From: an uncultured delta proteobacterium
Lineage (GTDB): Bacteria; Desulfobacterota; RBG-13-43-22
Assembly (NCBI GenBank): GCA_963711835.1
Contig: CAVQFQ010000015.1
Coordinates: 32,001-96,000 of the forward strand
Direction of reading: 5' to 3'
Length of the DNA: 64,000 nt
Shown: in pieces, positions 9,640-19,825 of the stretch
How the letters are laid out: each line of letters starts with the position of its first letter
How positions within the stretch are numbered: the first letter of the stretch is position 1
Program-made: the position numbers and the translations under genes
The notes under the pieces: model-generated
The model's database searches: none
What the model was told of the DNA's origin: nothing
The model's input: the letters and a program-made list of their open reading frames with translations, nothing else

Positions 9640-9935
9640 ATTCTCACAACTTTACCCTGAGAATTTATTTCTGACTTTCCAAAATTAGGTGTAGGGGGCC
9701 TTATTTTTTATGTTGTCCAAAGGGTAACTAAGAGCCCCTAGTCCGGCCCGAATAACTAAGTTTAGTTTATAGCAGGGCATTCACCCCAGCCCATTTCCAG
9801 CCTGGGTGTAGGCCTGCTGCCAAAACACTATCCGATTTTGGCCCGGCAAAGAAGCTTACGGCTCGGGGGTGGACAACTTAAAAAATAAGGCCCCCCTACA
9901 CCATTTCATCAGAACTTTAAAAAAAAATTCAAATA
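9638..9935 (-). mobile_element. MITE-like element, inverted copy of 7874-8152 (IR-bounded core 9688-9902)
   Basis: GGTGTAGGGGGCCTTATTTTTTATGTTGTCCA ... TGGACAACTTAAAAAATAAGGCCCCCCTACACC; internal GGTGAATGCCC and GGGCCGGA motifs on the minus strand. Confidence 0.75.
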
Positions 9936-9998
9936 TCTTTGGTTAGGTTTTTGAATGGGATCTTTCGGGAATCATTTGATTTGAAGGGATAAAAAATA

Positions 9999-11057
9999 GT
10001 GGAAACCCAACCTGACAAAAAATGGGTCTTTTTCGGCTGTCCCCTGGACTGTGATGAGCGTTACGAGGCCATTGAAGAGAAGCGGACCATAGAAAAAAAA
10101 GAAGGGAGGATTGAAGACCCCTATGAAGGAATAATGGAAATCATCCGCCGGGAGGTCGATCCAACCCTCTGGATTGAGAAAGGGTCTCTGTCTGTACCCG
10201 GCCGACTGCTGCCCTTCCCTCCTGTTGAAGCCCGGGAAAACATTTCCACCGCAGAAGCGGTGGCCTTCCTGGATCGGGACGGCTGCCGGGATTATGCCGA
10301 CCAGGTGGGGACCTTCATGGCCAGGGAGATCTTACCCGACCTTCCCTGCCTCCTGGCGGTCGATCATTCCTTGACCGGCGGGGCCTATCGCCAATTATCC
10401 GAAAACTGTCATCCGGAAGAAATTTCCCTGATCGTCCTGGACTCGCATACCGATGCCCTGCCCATGGACCTGCTGGCCGGGATCATCCAGTATGATCTGG
10501 AAACCAATCCCCAGACCCTCTATGATCCGGACGATCCCTTTATCCGGAACCGGTTTGATTCCTATAATGCCAGCTCTTTTCTCAACCACCTTCTCGAAAA
10601 CGGGTCCATCAAGCCCCGGAATCTTTTTCTCCTCGGTATCAGCGACTATCCCCCCAAACAGGCCTTCCGCAACAAGGACCTGAGGGTCAAGCGCTACAGG
10701 GATCATTTCCTCAAGCTTAAAGACAGGGGCGTGACCCTCCTGACCAAAAGCGACCTGGTCCTCAACACTTCCAAGGTTAAGAGTGTCCTGAAACAGATCA
10801 AGACTCCCCTCCTTTATGTCTCCATTGACCTGGACATCGGGGCCGGCAATGCCCTGCAGGGGGTGCGCTTCCTGGACCGCCAGGGCCTCAATGAGCCGCA
10901 GCTTTTTCGGGTCGTGGGCTATCTGAGGGACTTGTTGGGTAGAGGGATGAAATTAGCCGGGATGGACCTGACCGAAATCAATGCCCGCCAAGCAGGCCAA
11001 GATCAAACCTACCGGATTGCCGCCGATATCGTTAAAAAGCTTCTTTGGGGAGACTAA
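9999..11057 (+). CDS. Arginase/ureohydrolase-family protein
   Basis: DHS, LDSHTD and SIDLD metal-ligand motifs, DLTEIN. Confidence 0.8.
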   Translation: METQPDKKWVFFGCPLDCDERYEAIEEKRTIEKKEGRIEDPYEGIMEIIRREVDPTLWIEKGSLSVPGRLLPFPPVEARENISTAEAVAFLDRDGCRDYADQVGTFMAREILPDLPCLLAVDHSLTGGAYRQLSENCHPEEISLIVLDSHTDALPMDLLAGIIQYDLETNPQTLYDPDDPFIRNRFDSYNASSFLNHLLENGSIKPRNLFLLGISDYPPKQAFRNKDLRVKRYRDHFLKLKDRGVTLLTKSDLVLNTSKVKSVLKQIKTPLLYVSIDLDIGAGNALQGVRFLDRQGLNEPQLFRVVGYLRDLLGRGMKLAGMDLTEINARQAGQDQTYRIAADIVKKLLWGD

Positions 11058-11071
11058 CTGAAGATTTTTCT

Positions 11072-11099
11072 TGCCTTTAATCTCCACCCTGCTATCATT
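11072..11099 (+). promoter_or_regulatory. Putative sigma70 promoter upstream of the typA leader
   Basis: TTGCCT-N16-TATCAT with a TG extended -10. Confidence 0.45.
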
Positions 11100-11224
11100 T
11101 TAAACGGTGGGCAGTGACTACCGAACCAAATACCGGGAAGGGACTTGGCCCCGGGGCGTCTGGAACTAATCCTGATCATCAGGAGCGCCGTCTCACTTGT
11201 TGCGCTGCCCACCATTTCTATTTT

Positions 11225-11387
11225 TTCACCGCCCACTCGTCACGCCCCAGCGTGACTCATTCGAGCCGTAAAGATTGCTAAGAAAAGAGATCGTTTTACT
11301 TTCCACCCTCTCTGCGGAAAGTAAAAAATATTCTTCTTCTTTGCGTCCTCAGCGCCTGGCTGCCCCAGGCAGGTCTTTGCGGTGAAA
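11225..11387. repeat. TCACCGC...GCGGTGA palindromic intergenic repeat
   Basis: Terminal TTCACCGC/GCGGTGAA; related to 61734-61808. Confidence 0.55.
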
Positions 11388-11416
11388 ACTATTTTTTTTA
11401 GGCTAATACAACTTCT

Positions 11417-13201
11417 ATGAATACACGTCAGGATTTGCGCAATTTAGCCATCATTGCCCATGTGGATCACGGCAAGACCACTTTGGTGGATGCCATGCTC
11501 TGGCAGAGCGGTGTCTTCCGGGAAAACCAGCAGGTAGCCGAGCGGGTCATGGACAGCCTGGACCTGGAGCGCGAAAAAGGCATCACCATCATGGCCAAGA
11601 ATACGGCCGTCGTATATCGAGGGGTAAAAATAAATATCGTCGACACGCCCGGTCATGCCGACTTCGGCGGGGAGGTGGAACGGACCCTGAACATGGTGGA
11701 CGGGGTCCTGCTTTTAGTCGATGCCACAGAAGGTCCTCTGCCGCAAACCCGCTTTGTCCTGGGCAAGGCCCTGGAAAAAGGACTTCCTCCCATTGTGGTC
11801 ATCAATAAAATCGACCGCCCTGACCGCCGCATCAACGCCGTTCTGGACGAAATTTACGACCTCTTTATCGATCTGGAAGCCAGTGAAGACCAGCTTGACT
11901 TCCCGGTCCTTTATACCAATGCCCGGGCCGGGATCGCCTTGAACGATCCGGCCGGACAGGGCAACGACCTGGTCCCTCTCTTTGAAGCCATCTTGGAGTC
12001 TGTTCCGGCCCCGGACTGCGACCCGGAAGCCCCGTTGCAGTTTTTGATCACCAACCTCGATTACAGCGACTATGTGGGGCGGATTGCCGTGGGCAAGGTG
12101 GTCAGCGGTCAATTGCGGCCCCGTCAGGAAGTAGCCCTTCTCAAAGAAGGAAAATTAGCCGGTCTGGCCCTTCTCAGCCAGATTTATACCTATGAAGGGC
12201 TTACCCGGAAGGAGCAGGACCTCATCGAGGCCGGGGATATCGCCGCTGTGGCCGGGGTGGCCGAGGCCTTTATCGGCGACACCCTAGGAGATCCCTTGGA
12301 TCCCAGACCTCTACCCACGATTACCGTGGAAGAACCCACCCTTTCCATGATCTTCTCCGTCAATACCTCACCCCTGGCCGGCAAGGAAGGCCGCCTCCTG
12401 ACTTCCCGCCATATTAAGGAACGCCTGGACAAAGAGCTGCTCTATAATGTCAGCATCGGGGTCGAAGAAGCGGAACATCGGGATTCGTTTAAAGTCAACG
12501 CCCGCGGGGAACTGCAACTGGCGGTGCTGGTGGAAATGATGCGCCGGGAGGGTTTTGAACTTTCTCTTTCAAAACCCATAATAATTACCCGTGAAATGGA
12601 AGGCCGGCTCATGGAACCTCTGGAACTGGCGGTGGTGGATATCCCGGAACAGTATGTGGGGGTGGTCAGCGAGAAGTTGAGCGCCCGCCGGGGGCGGATG
12701 ACCAAGATAATCAATCACGGCTCCGGCCGGGTGCGCTTGGAATTCGAGATCCCTTCCCGGGGACTGATCGGCTTACGAAGCCAGTTTCTGACCGATACCC
12801 GGGGCACCGGGCTGTTTAACGCCCTGGTGACCGGCTTCACGCCCTATGCCGGCGCCATCCCTTCCCGGCCAAACGGGGTCCTGGTTTCCGACCGTGCCGG
12901 CAAGGCCGTGGCCTATGCCATTTTTCACCTCCAGCCCCGGGGCACCATCTTTGTCAATCCCGGAGACCCGGTCTATGCCGGTCTGATCGTCGGTGAAAAT
13001 TCGCGGCCTGAAGACCTAAGGGTAAACATCACCAAGGAAAAGAAACTGACCAATATCCGGGCCGCCAACACCGACGAGGCCCTGCGCCTGGTTCCCCCGC
13101 GCCGCTTTACCCTGGAACAGGCCATGGAATATATCAACGACGATGAACAGGTCGAAGTCACCCCCCAGTCCATCCGCCTGCGAAAAATGAAGACCCGTTA
13201 A
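11417..13201 (+). CDS. typA: Translational GTPase TypA/BipA
   Basis: [17 protein letters not shown]-like [30 protein letters not shown]-terminal [11 protein letters not shown]. Confidence 0.97.
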   Translation: MNTRQDLRNLAIIAHVDHGKTTLVDAMLWQSGVFRENQQVAERVMDSLDLEREKGITIMAKNTAVVYRGVKINIVDTPGHADFGGEVERTLNMVDGVLLLVDATEGPLPQTRFVLGKALEKGLPPIVVINKIDRPDRRINAVLDEIYDLFIDLEASEDQLDFPVLYTNARAGIALNDPAGQGNDLVPLFEAILESVPAPDCDPEAPLQFLITNLDYSDYVGRIAVGKVVSGQLRPRQEVALLKEGKLAGLALLSQIYTYEGLTRKEQDLIEAGDIAAVAGVAEAFIGDTLGDPLDPRPLPTITVEEPTLSMIFSVNTSPLAGKEGRLLTSRHIKERLDKELLYNVSIGVEEAEHRDSFKVNARGELQLAVLVEMMRREGFELSLSKPIIITREMEGRLMEPLELAVVDIPEQYVGVVSEKLSARRGRMTKIINHGSGRVRLEFEIPSRGLIGLRSQFLTDTRGTGLFNALVTGFTPYAGAIPSRPNGVLVSDRAGKAVAYAIFHLQPRGTIFVNPGDPVYAGLIVGENSRPEDLRVNITKEKKLTNIRAANTDEALRLVPPRRFTLEQAMEYINDDEQVEVTPQSIRLRKMKTR

Positions 13202-13336
13202 AGTGACAGCCGCGCAACTACCCATTTCATTTTCAATTCGACGCCTCTGAAGAGGACACCCCCCAAGATCTCCAATGCCTTCCTGCACCCTAATCTTTGT
13301 TGACATATTGATGTCTCTTATGGTATGTCTTTATGT

Positions 13337-13576
13337 ATGAGAACAACGGTTAGAATAAAGGACGATCTTCTTCGGCGGGCAAAAAAACGCGCCACCGATG
13401 AAGGACGCACCCTCACGTCGTTGATCGAAGATGGGCTGACTCTCATGCTGACCAAATCGAAGGGCAACCGAAGGAAGCGGGTTAAGTTGCCTGTTTCTAA
13501 AGCTTCCGGTGGGGTTCTTCCAGGGGTTGACCTTAACCGATCCGCTGACCTGGAAGAGGTCATGAATAGACCGTGA
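13337..13576 (+). CDS. vapB: VapB-like RHH antitoxin
   Basis: MRTTVRIKDDLLRRAK RHH start, GVDL tail; overlaps the PIN gene; upstream TTGACA with palindrome GACATATTGATGTC. Confidence 0.85.
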   Translation: MRTTVRIKDDLLRRAKKRATDEGRTLTSLIEDGLTLMLTKSKGNRRKRVKLPVSKASGGVLPGVDLNRSADLEEVMNRP

Positions 13577-13998
13577 TTCTTCCTGATGTCAATATCCTGG
13601 TCCAGGCCTTCCGATCCGATGCTTCCCATCATACGCTCTGCCGAAATTGGCTCGATGGCGTAGTCAACGGCGAAGCGCGTTACGGGTTGGCCCCCCAGGT
13701 TTTAAGCGGTGTAATCCGCATTACCACTCATCCCAAGGTGTTTGCCAAACCGAGCAACCTGGATGAGGTGCTCGAGTTTTGTGAAATCTTGTTGAATCAA
13801 CCTCACTGTATGGTTATCCAACCGGGCGAGCGGCATTGGGAAATATTTGCCCGCCTTTGCCTCGAAGCGGACGCCCGCGGCAACCTGGTGCCGGATGCCT
13901 GGCTGGCGGCGCTGGCCATCGAGTCAGGCTGTGAATGGGTTACCCTCGATCGTGATTATGCCAGATTCCCGGGTCTTCACTGGCGCCTGCCCACCTAA
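13573..13998 (+). CDS. vapC: VapC PIN-domain toxin
   Basis: PDVNILV, GNLVPDAWLAALAIE, TLDRDYARFPGL. Confidence 0.92.
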   Translation: MILPDVNILVQAFRSDASHHTLCRNWLDGVVNGEARYGLAPQVLSGVIRITTHPKVFAKPSNLDEVLEFCEILLNQPHCMVIQPGERHWEIFARLCLEADARGNLVPDAWLAALAIESGCEWVTLDRDYARFPGLHWRLPT

Positions 13999-14139
13999 AA
14001 CCTACTTCACTCAGTAACTGCGTCTGCCAGCAGGATTATCAGTCCTGGCAGAAAAAAAAGAACCATCTGCTAAAATGTGTAAGGGAAAGGCTTAAGTTAG
14101 GAGGTCACACCGGGACAACTGAACGCTCTCTTTAAAAGC

Positions 14140-14751
14140 ATGGATTTCGTCAACAATAACTTTCTAGACAATGAGAAAATGGGCAAAAAAGAGTTTCAGG
14201 TTTTCTTCAACATCTATCAACAGCTCGGGTTGGCCTGGGAATTTTTAGGCTTGCAGTGCAAGCACTGGGATGGATACAAAAAAACGAGGGATAAGAAGGA
14301 AGCCTGCAAAATATGCGGAAAAGTCAAAGGGGCCGATGGCTTCCATATCCTGCTACCCAAAAAGGGGCCCAAAAAATTAGGAGTGAAGTTGAAACCCAAT
14401 TCCAAAAAAACTTTTGAAACCCAAAAAGATGCGGAGATCGTTAATGATACAATTGATTTTTATGGGGCTTTGGTAAACGTGGATGTACACAACTCCTATA
14501 AATCGAGCGCATTCGGAAAAGGGATTAATATGGCTGCGGAGAGGATCGTTAACATAAAAGAAAATAACGTCGAATGTCATATTGACGACCATCTTATTCA
14601 TATAAGACTACATGATAAGGATAGGAGGCCTGGAGGAAAAAGATACGGTGGGTTCCCATGGGAGATAAGAAGGAAGGATTTGAAGCATTTCCCAGTTATT
14701 TTTGATTTTGATGAAAAATATAGATTTTTGGGGCTGACGATTTTAAAGTAA
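14140..14751 (+). CDS. Hypothetical protein, AT-rich, possible Zn-binding CKH...CKIC motif
   Basis: 203 aa ORF with composition clearly more AT-rich than the flanks. Confidence 0.7.
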   Translation: MDFVNNNFLDNEKMGKKEFQVFFNIYQQLGLAWEFLGLQCKHWDGYKKTRDKKEACKICGKVKGADGFHILLPKKGPKKLGVKLKPNSKKTFETQKDAEIVNDTIDFYGALVNVDVHNSYKSSAFGKGINMAAERIVNIKENNVECHIDDHLIHIRLHDKDRRPGGKRYGGFPWEIRRKDLKHFPVIFDFDEKYRFLGLTILK

Positions 14752-14860
14752 TTTGCCTCCAATGCCCATAATGGCAGATAACAGAGTGCTTGAGGTTAAC
14801 ACCCAAAGGTTTCATCTTTTTTTTGTTTTAATTATTCAATAATCCTAATGGGAGGAGAAA

Positions 14861-15097
14861 ATGAGCAAAACAGCAACTATTAAAGAGGAGAAGATCCTTG
14901 CTGATTTTGGAAGACTCTCAAAAAAACGTAAAAAAGAGGTAGCTGACTTTGTTACCTATCTCAAGGTAAAAGAGGAACTCGAAGCAACAAAAGAGATTAT
15001 TAAGGATAAAGATTTCTTAGCCAGTATCATGAGAGGCGACGAGGATTTTAGGGTGGGCCGGGTCAAAAAGTGGTCTGAGGTTAGAGAAGATGTATGA
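14861..15097 (+). CDS. Putative antitoxin (DUF2281-like)
   Basis: KKEVADFVTYL motif; RBS GGAGG; overlaps the RelE gene. Confidence 0.7.
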   Translation: MSKTATIKEEKILADFGRLSKKRKKEVADFVTYLKVKEELEATKEIIKDKDFLASIMRGDEDFRVGRVKKWSEVREDV

Positions 15098-15353
15098 AGT
15101 CCTTGTCTCCCACGAGGCTGACAAATACTATAAAAAACAGAATAGAGATACAAAGCAAAGGATAAACAAGTGTATCGATAATCTCAGCCGAGAGCCGCTT
15201 TTCGGTCCTCATATCAAAAAGTTGCACGGCGAACTCGAAGGGAAACACCGATATGAGGTCGGTGGTATCAGAATGGTTTACGAAGTTAACACCAAATTTA
15301 AGACTGTAGAAATAAAGGCGATTAGAAATCGCGGCGATGTTTATAAAAGATAG
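15090..15353 (+). CDS. RelE/ParE-family toxin
   Basis: IKKLHGELEGKHRYEVGGIRMVYEV...NRGDVYK. Confidence 0.85.
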   Translation: MYEVLVSHEADKYYKKQNRDTKQRINKCIDNLSREPLFGPHIKKLHGELEGKHRYEVGGIRMVYEVNTKFKTVEIKAIRNRGDVYKR

Positions 15354-15564
15354 ATTTTTCCTGCCCGCACCGACAGATAACACCAGATTAGCGTCTGCAC
15401 CCTTCGGAAAATCCCGATCTTCATTGTTGATATTCCTCGGACAGATATTAGGATTATTTCCCGAGCCCTTCCTTCTCCAAATGACACCTTCTCCAAAAAC
15501 AGTTGACAAAATCATAAATGCTATATAATCTGAATATACGAATTTCAGATTAGGAGAGGATCGT

Positions 15565-15834
15565 ATGATAACTCAGTTACGAAACAGGTCGCAGGTAACT
15601 TTACCGAGTGAAATCGTGAAAAAAATGAGATTGCAGGAAGGTGATAATCTGGATATTGCTTTGGAGGACGACAAAATCATTATCAAACCCGTTCTGGTGA
15701 TAGATAGATCTCAGTCCTGGTTTTGGTCTAAGAAATGGCAGGAGATGGAAAAGGAAGCCGATAATGATATTAAGCAGGGCAGAGTCCAGAAAGCCAAAAA
15801 CGTTAAAGAATTAATACAGAAGTTGGGCTCATAA
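15565..15834 (+). CDS. AbrB/MazE/SpoVT-family antitoxin
   Basis: SQVTLPSEIVKKMRLQEGD; QSWFWSKKWQ; upstream TTGACA...TATAAT. Confidence 0.85.
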   Translation: MITQLRNRSQVTLPSEIVKKMRLQEGDNLDIALEDDKIIIKPVLVIDRSQSWFWSKKWQEMEKEADNDIKQGRVQKAKNVKELIQKLGS

Positions 15835-15837
15835 GGC

Positions 15838-16098
15838 ATGGAATTCAAATTTACTGCCCGGTTTAAAAAATCCTATAAAAAGCTTGCTAAAGATGACCAA
15901 CAGACAACTCAAAAGAAACTCGCCTTGATGAGCAACAATCCTCACCATCCTTCCTTGAGAAATAAAAAGGTTCAAGGGACCGACAGGATCTTTGAGTGCA
16001 GTATCACCCTGTCGATTCGGATGACCTGGGAGTACGAAAACGAAGCGATACTCCTGCGCGTTGTCGGAAACCATGATGACGTTCTGAAAAACCCATAA
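15838..16098 (+). CDS. RelE/YafQ-like toxin
   Basis: FKKSYKKL, NPHHPSLRNKKVQG, VGNHD. Confidence 0.82.
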   Translation: MEFKFTARFKKSYKKLAKDDQQTTQKKLALMSNNPHHPSLRNKKVQGTDRIFECSITLSIRMTWEYENEAILLRVVGNHDDVLKNP

Positions 16099-16191
16099 CG
16101 ATTTCAACCGCTGCCGGCAGACAACAACGACGTAAATGGTCGGATCAAAACTAATAGTTTTGCATAAACGCCACACTTTAGGAATATAGAA

Positions 16192-17313
16192 ATGCTCACC
16201 AAAAATGAAATCATTGAAAAAGCGTACGAGTTGGGTTTCGGGGATGTGGGCTTCACCGGCGCCGAACCTTTTGAAAGCCAAAAGGAGATCCTGCTTCAGC
16301 GCCAGCAAGGAATATGCCTGGGCTTTTAAGACCGGCCTGGATCTCATGGCCGGTACGGACCCCAAAAACATCCTGCCCGAGGCCAGGACCATCATCGTCC
16401 TGATGGAGGTCTATTTCAAAGAGGCCTATCCCCTTCTGCCTTGGAGCGTCACTTCGGACGCTGCTACCTGGATGACGACCGCATCCGGCAAGACCGTCTG
16501 GCCGCCAGGATCAAGGCCTTTCGGGCTTTTCTCCGGGATCACGGCATTCAAAACAAGGTGCCTTTCCACCTGCCGCACCGGCTGGCCGCGGCCCGGGCCG
16601 GCCTGGGCACCTTCGGCAAGAACTGCCTTTTTTATTCCAGCAAGGTTGTTGCCAAAGGATCCTGGGTCCTGCCGATTGCCGTCGTGGTGGACCGGGCCTT
16701 CGAACCCGACGAACCCACCCTGGAAGTCGGCTGTCCGGACTGGTGCCGAAACACCTGTCTGGCGGCCTGCCCAACCGGCGCTCTGAAGGGGCCGCGGCAT
16801 ATCGATCCCTATAAATGTATCTCGTTTCTGACCTATTTCGGCCAGGGCCTCACCCCAACGGAACTTCGGGAGCCCATGGGTCTCTGGGTCTACGGCTGCG
16901 ACCGCTGCCAGAATGTCTGTCCTCGCAACGCCCCCTGGCTGGCCAGGGAGCTACCAGTGAACCAGAAGGTGGCGGCCATGATCGATGACTTCAGGCTTGA
17001 AAAGCTGCTCCACATGGATGCCCCCTATTTCAACGAGCGGATTTGGCCCCACATGTTCTATATGTCCGATAAGGACCTCTGGCGCTGGAGGATGAATGTG
17101 GCCCGGGCCATGGGAAACACCCTGGATGACCGCTATGTCCCGGAGCTGGCCAGGGCTTTTAAGGAGAACGGCGACGAAAGGGTGTCGGCCATGATCGCCT
17201 GGGCCCTGGGCCGCATCGGCGGGCCGGAGGCGAAAAAGGTATTAAATCAGGTTTTACTTAAAAGCGAGGGATTGGTCAGGGAAGAGGTAGTAGCCGCCCT
17301 GGAGAAAGGCTGA
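16192..17313 (+). pseudogene. Epoxyqueuosine reductase QueG-like protein with HEAT tail, two apparent frameshifts (~16305, ~16435)
   Basis: MLTKNEIIEKAYELGFGDVGF start in a separate frame; AGLGTFGKN, CLAACPTGAL, GCDRCQNVCP; the frameshifts may be sequencing errors. Confidence 0.75.
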
Positions 17314-17323
17314 TAAGGTAAAT

Positions 17324-17460
17324 TTGACAAGTTCGTAAAAAGTCGTCATTACCGCGCAGGCGGGAATCCAGGCCATGCGTAACTAATTAAAAATACTGGA
17401 TTCCCGTTTTCACGGGAATGACAAAAATGGGCTTTCAGCGACTTTTTACGAATCCATCAA
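17324..17460. mobile_element. MITE with TTGA...TTCGTAAAAAGTCG terminal inverted repeats enclosing a REP doublet
   Basis: TTGACAAGTTCGTAAAAAGTCG ... CGACTTTTTACGAATCCATCAA. Confidence 0.8.
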
Positions 17461-17473
17461 ATTTGAAACAGAA

Positions 17474-19119
17474 TTATTTTAAAATTTGGTCCTTTGAATT
17501 TGTTTCGGGTTTCGATATTCGGATTTCGGATTTTAAATCTTTGAAGGTCTCTTCCCAACCGCAATACTTCTTTCTCAGCTTCGGTTTCTCGATCTTGCCG
17601 GTTGGGCTTCTGGGGACCTGGCCGAAAAACACCTTGCCTGGCCGCTTGTAGCGGGGGAGTTTTTCACAATAAGTCAGTAGCTCTTCCTCAGTCAGGCTCA
17701 TGCCGGGTATCAGGTCAATGACTACGGCCACGACTTCACTCAGGCGCTCATCCGGATAGCCGATGGCCGCCGCATCATTGACAGCCGGATGGGTGTGGAG
17801 GAAATCCTCCACTTCAACCGGAAAGACATTCTCCCCTCCGGTGATGACGATATCTTTTTTCCGGTCCACCAGATAGATGAAACCCTCCTCATCCTGACGG
17901 GCAATATCACCGGTGTGAAGCCATCCGCCTTTTAGGGTTTTTTCCGTCAGTTCGGGATTCTTGTAATACCCTCGCATCACCCCGTCGCCGCGGACCAGGA
18001 GTTCCCCTGGCTCCCCTCGCACAACATCCCGGTCCTCTTCATCAACAATCCGTGTTTCCCAGTTAAAGCCGGCCTGGCCGATGGCACCTACCTTGTGGGT
18101 GTTTTCCATTCCCAGATGGACGCAGTTAGGCCCGGCTGCCCTCACTTAAGCCATAGGTGGTGTCATAGTCCATCCTCGGGAAATAACGCTTCCAGTGCCG
18201 GATCAGGGACGGTCGGAATGGGCATGGCCCCCATGTGCATCAACCGCCACTGGGAAAGTTCATATCGAGCCGGTTGCAGTGCCCCGCTGTCTAATTTAAC
18301 CAGTATGTCCTGGACCCAGGGGACCAGGAGCCAGACAATGGTGCCTTTCTCTTCACTGACTGCCTCGAATATCCATTCAGGGGACACACCTTTGAGTATC
18401 ACCGCCGGCCCCCCGACGATCAGACTTCCAAACCAGTGCATCTTGGCCCCGGTGTGGTAAAGGGGCGGGATGAGTATGAAGTTGTCTCGGTGCGTCTGGC
18501 CATGGTGCCTGTTCTCAACGATAGCGGCACAGACCATATTTTTGTGGGTCAGCAGGATGGGTTTGGGCTGGCCGGTCGTACCGGAGGTGAAATATAGACC
18601 GCAGGGATCCTCCGGCCCGATCTCAAGGGGAACAGGCGCCTCCGATGAATGGCTAAGGGCCTCGGCCAGGGAAACGGCATACGCCGGGATTTCCTTGCCG
18701 GCGCAGATAAAGGACTCCATGCAAGGCAGCTCATTCCGGATGGTCATTGATTCTTTCCGTGAATTCCTCGCCGAAGAAGAGGAGCCTTCGGTTCAGCCAT
18801 TTCGGCGCAGTACTTGATATCCTCGCTGGTAAAACCGAAAATTAAGCGGGACCACCCAGGCCCCGGTGCGGACGATGCCAAAGTAGGTAATCAGCCAGTC
18901 AATCGAGTTGTGCATCAGGTGCATGACCTTATCACCCTTTTGGATACCCTTTGCACGGAGAAAATTGGCAATACGGTTGGCCTTTCGATCGAATTCCTTC
19001 CAGGTTATCTCTACCCGTCTCTTTTCCGCAGGGTTCCGTTCCACCAGGGCGATCTCATCCGGATACAGGCGCCCGTTTCGGGCCAGCATTTCACCAATGT
19101 GGATATAAATATCAGCCAT
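17474..19119 (-). pseudogene. Long-chain acyl-CoA synthetase (AMP-binding), several apparent single-base frameshifts
   Basis: Fragments 18793-19119, 18163-18747 and 17474-18145 carry FTSGTTGQPK, GWLHTGD, DRKKD and PRSPTGK. Confidence 0.8.
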
Positions 19120-19123
19120 AAGT

Positions 19124-19640
19124 TTATAAACCTCGGCCCTTCGCATCTGCAGCGAGGCGTTCTTTCAACCAGACTTTCTCAGCTATCATGGCCTCCGCTC
19201 GGTTGGATGGACCGAAGTAGATGCAATGGGCCAAACAGACATTATCCGCACAGGCCGGGATCAGCCCCTGGTCAAGGCGGTGATGGCAGAGGTTGCACTT
19301 TCGGGCCTTTCCGGCCGGGTCGTCAAAGGCTATCGCATCATAAGGGCAGGCCTCGATACACAGGCCGCAGCCGGTACAGGCTTCTTCATCTAGGATAACA
19401 AGGCCATCCTCGCGCTTGGCGATCGCTTCAACCGGACAGGCCTCAACACACTCAGGCAGGTCGCAGTGGCGGCAGAGGTTGACCTGATAAACAAACTCGA
19501 GTTTCCCCTCGACCATCTTCGGCCCGGATTCGGTGACAGAGATAAACTTGATTCCGTCAGGGGCCTGATTTTCCTGCTTGCAGGCCACCTCGCAGGTCTT
19601 GCAACCCCAGCAGGCCAGGTTATCAACAACCAGTACGTAT
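19124..19640 (-). CDS. DmsB-like 4Fe-4S electron-transfer subunit; start codon apparently missing
   Basis: YVLVVDNLACWGCKTCEVACK, CRHCDLPECVEACP, CTGCGLCIEACP, CNLC...CADNVC; AAGGAG is followed directly by TAA TAC. Confidence 0.8.
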
Positions 19641-19667
19641 TATCTCCTTAGTTCGGATGACCTCTAT

Positions 19668-19823
19668 TTTTGCCACGGACAAAGACTGGACAGGGTGGCG
19701 GCGACCTGCCGCCACCCTAACTGTCAGGTCCTTTGCGCCTTTGTATCTGAGCGTGACTAAATAACTCCTCCGGGTATTCCGCTGGGCATAATCGCTGGTG
19801 TCCGTGTGTGTCGGTGGCAAAAA
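19668..19823. repeat. Palindromic intergenic repeat with strong inner hairpin (19692-19718)
   Basis: TTTTGCCAC...GTGGCAAAAA ends; AGGGTGGCGGC-GACCT-GCCGCCACCCT. Confidence 0.55.
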
Positions 19824-19825
19824 AT

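Noticed and set aside
11106-11213. SRP RNA or 6S RNA call
   Set aside because: Lacks the SRP domain IV core and is too short for 6S; kept only as an unclassified candidate
13999-14105. attC site after vapC
   Set aside because: There is a hairpin and a downstream GTTAGGA, but no proper R''/L-box pairing
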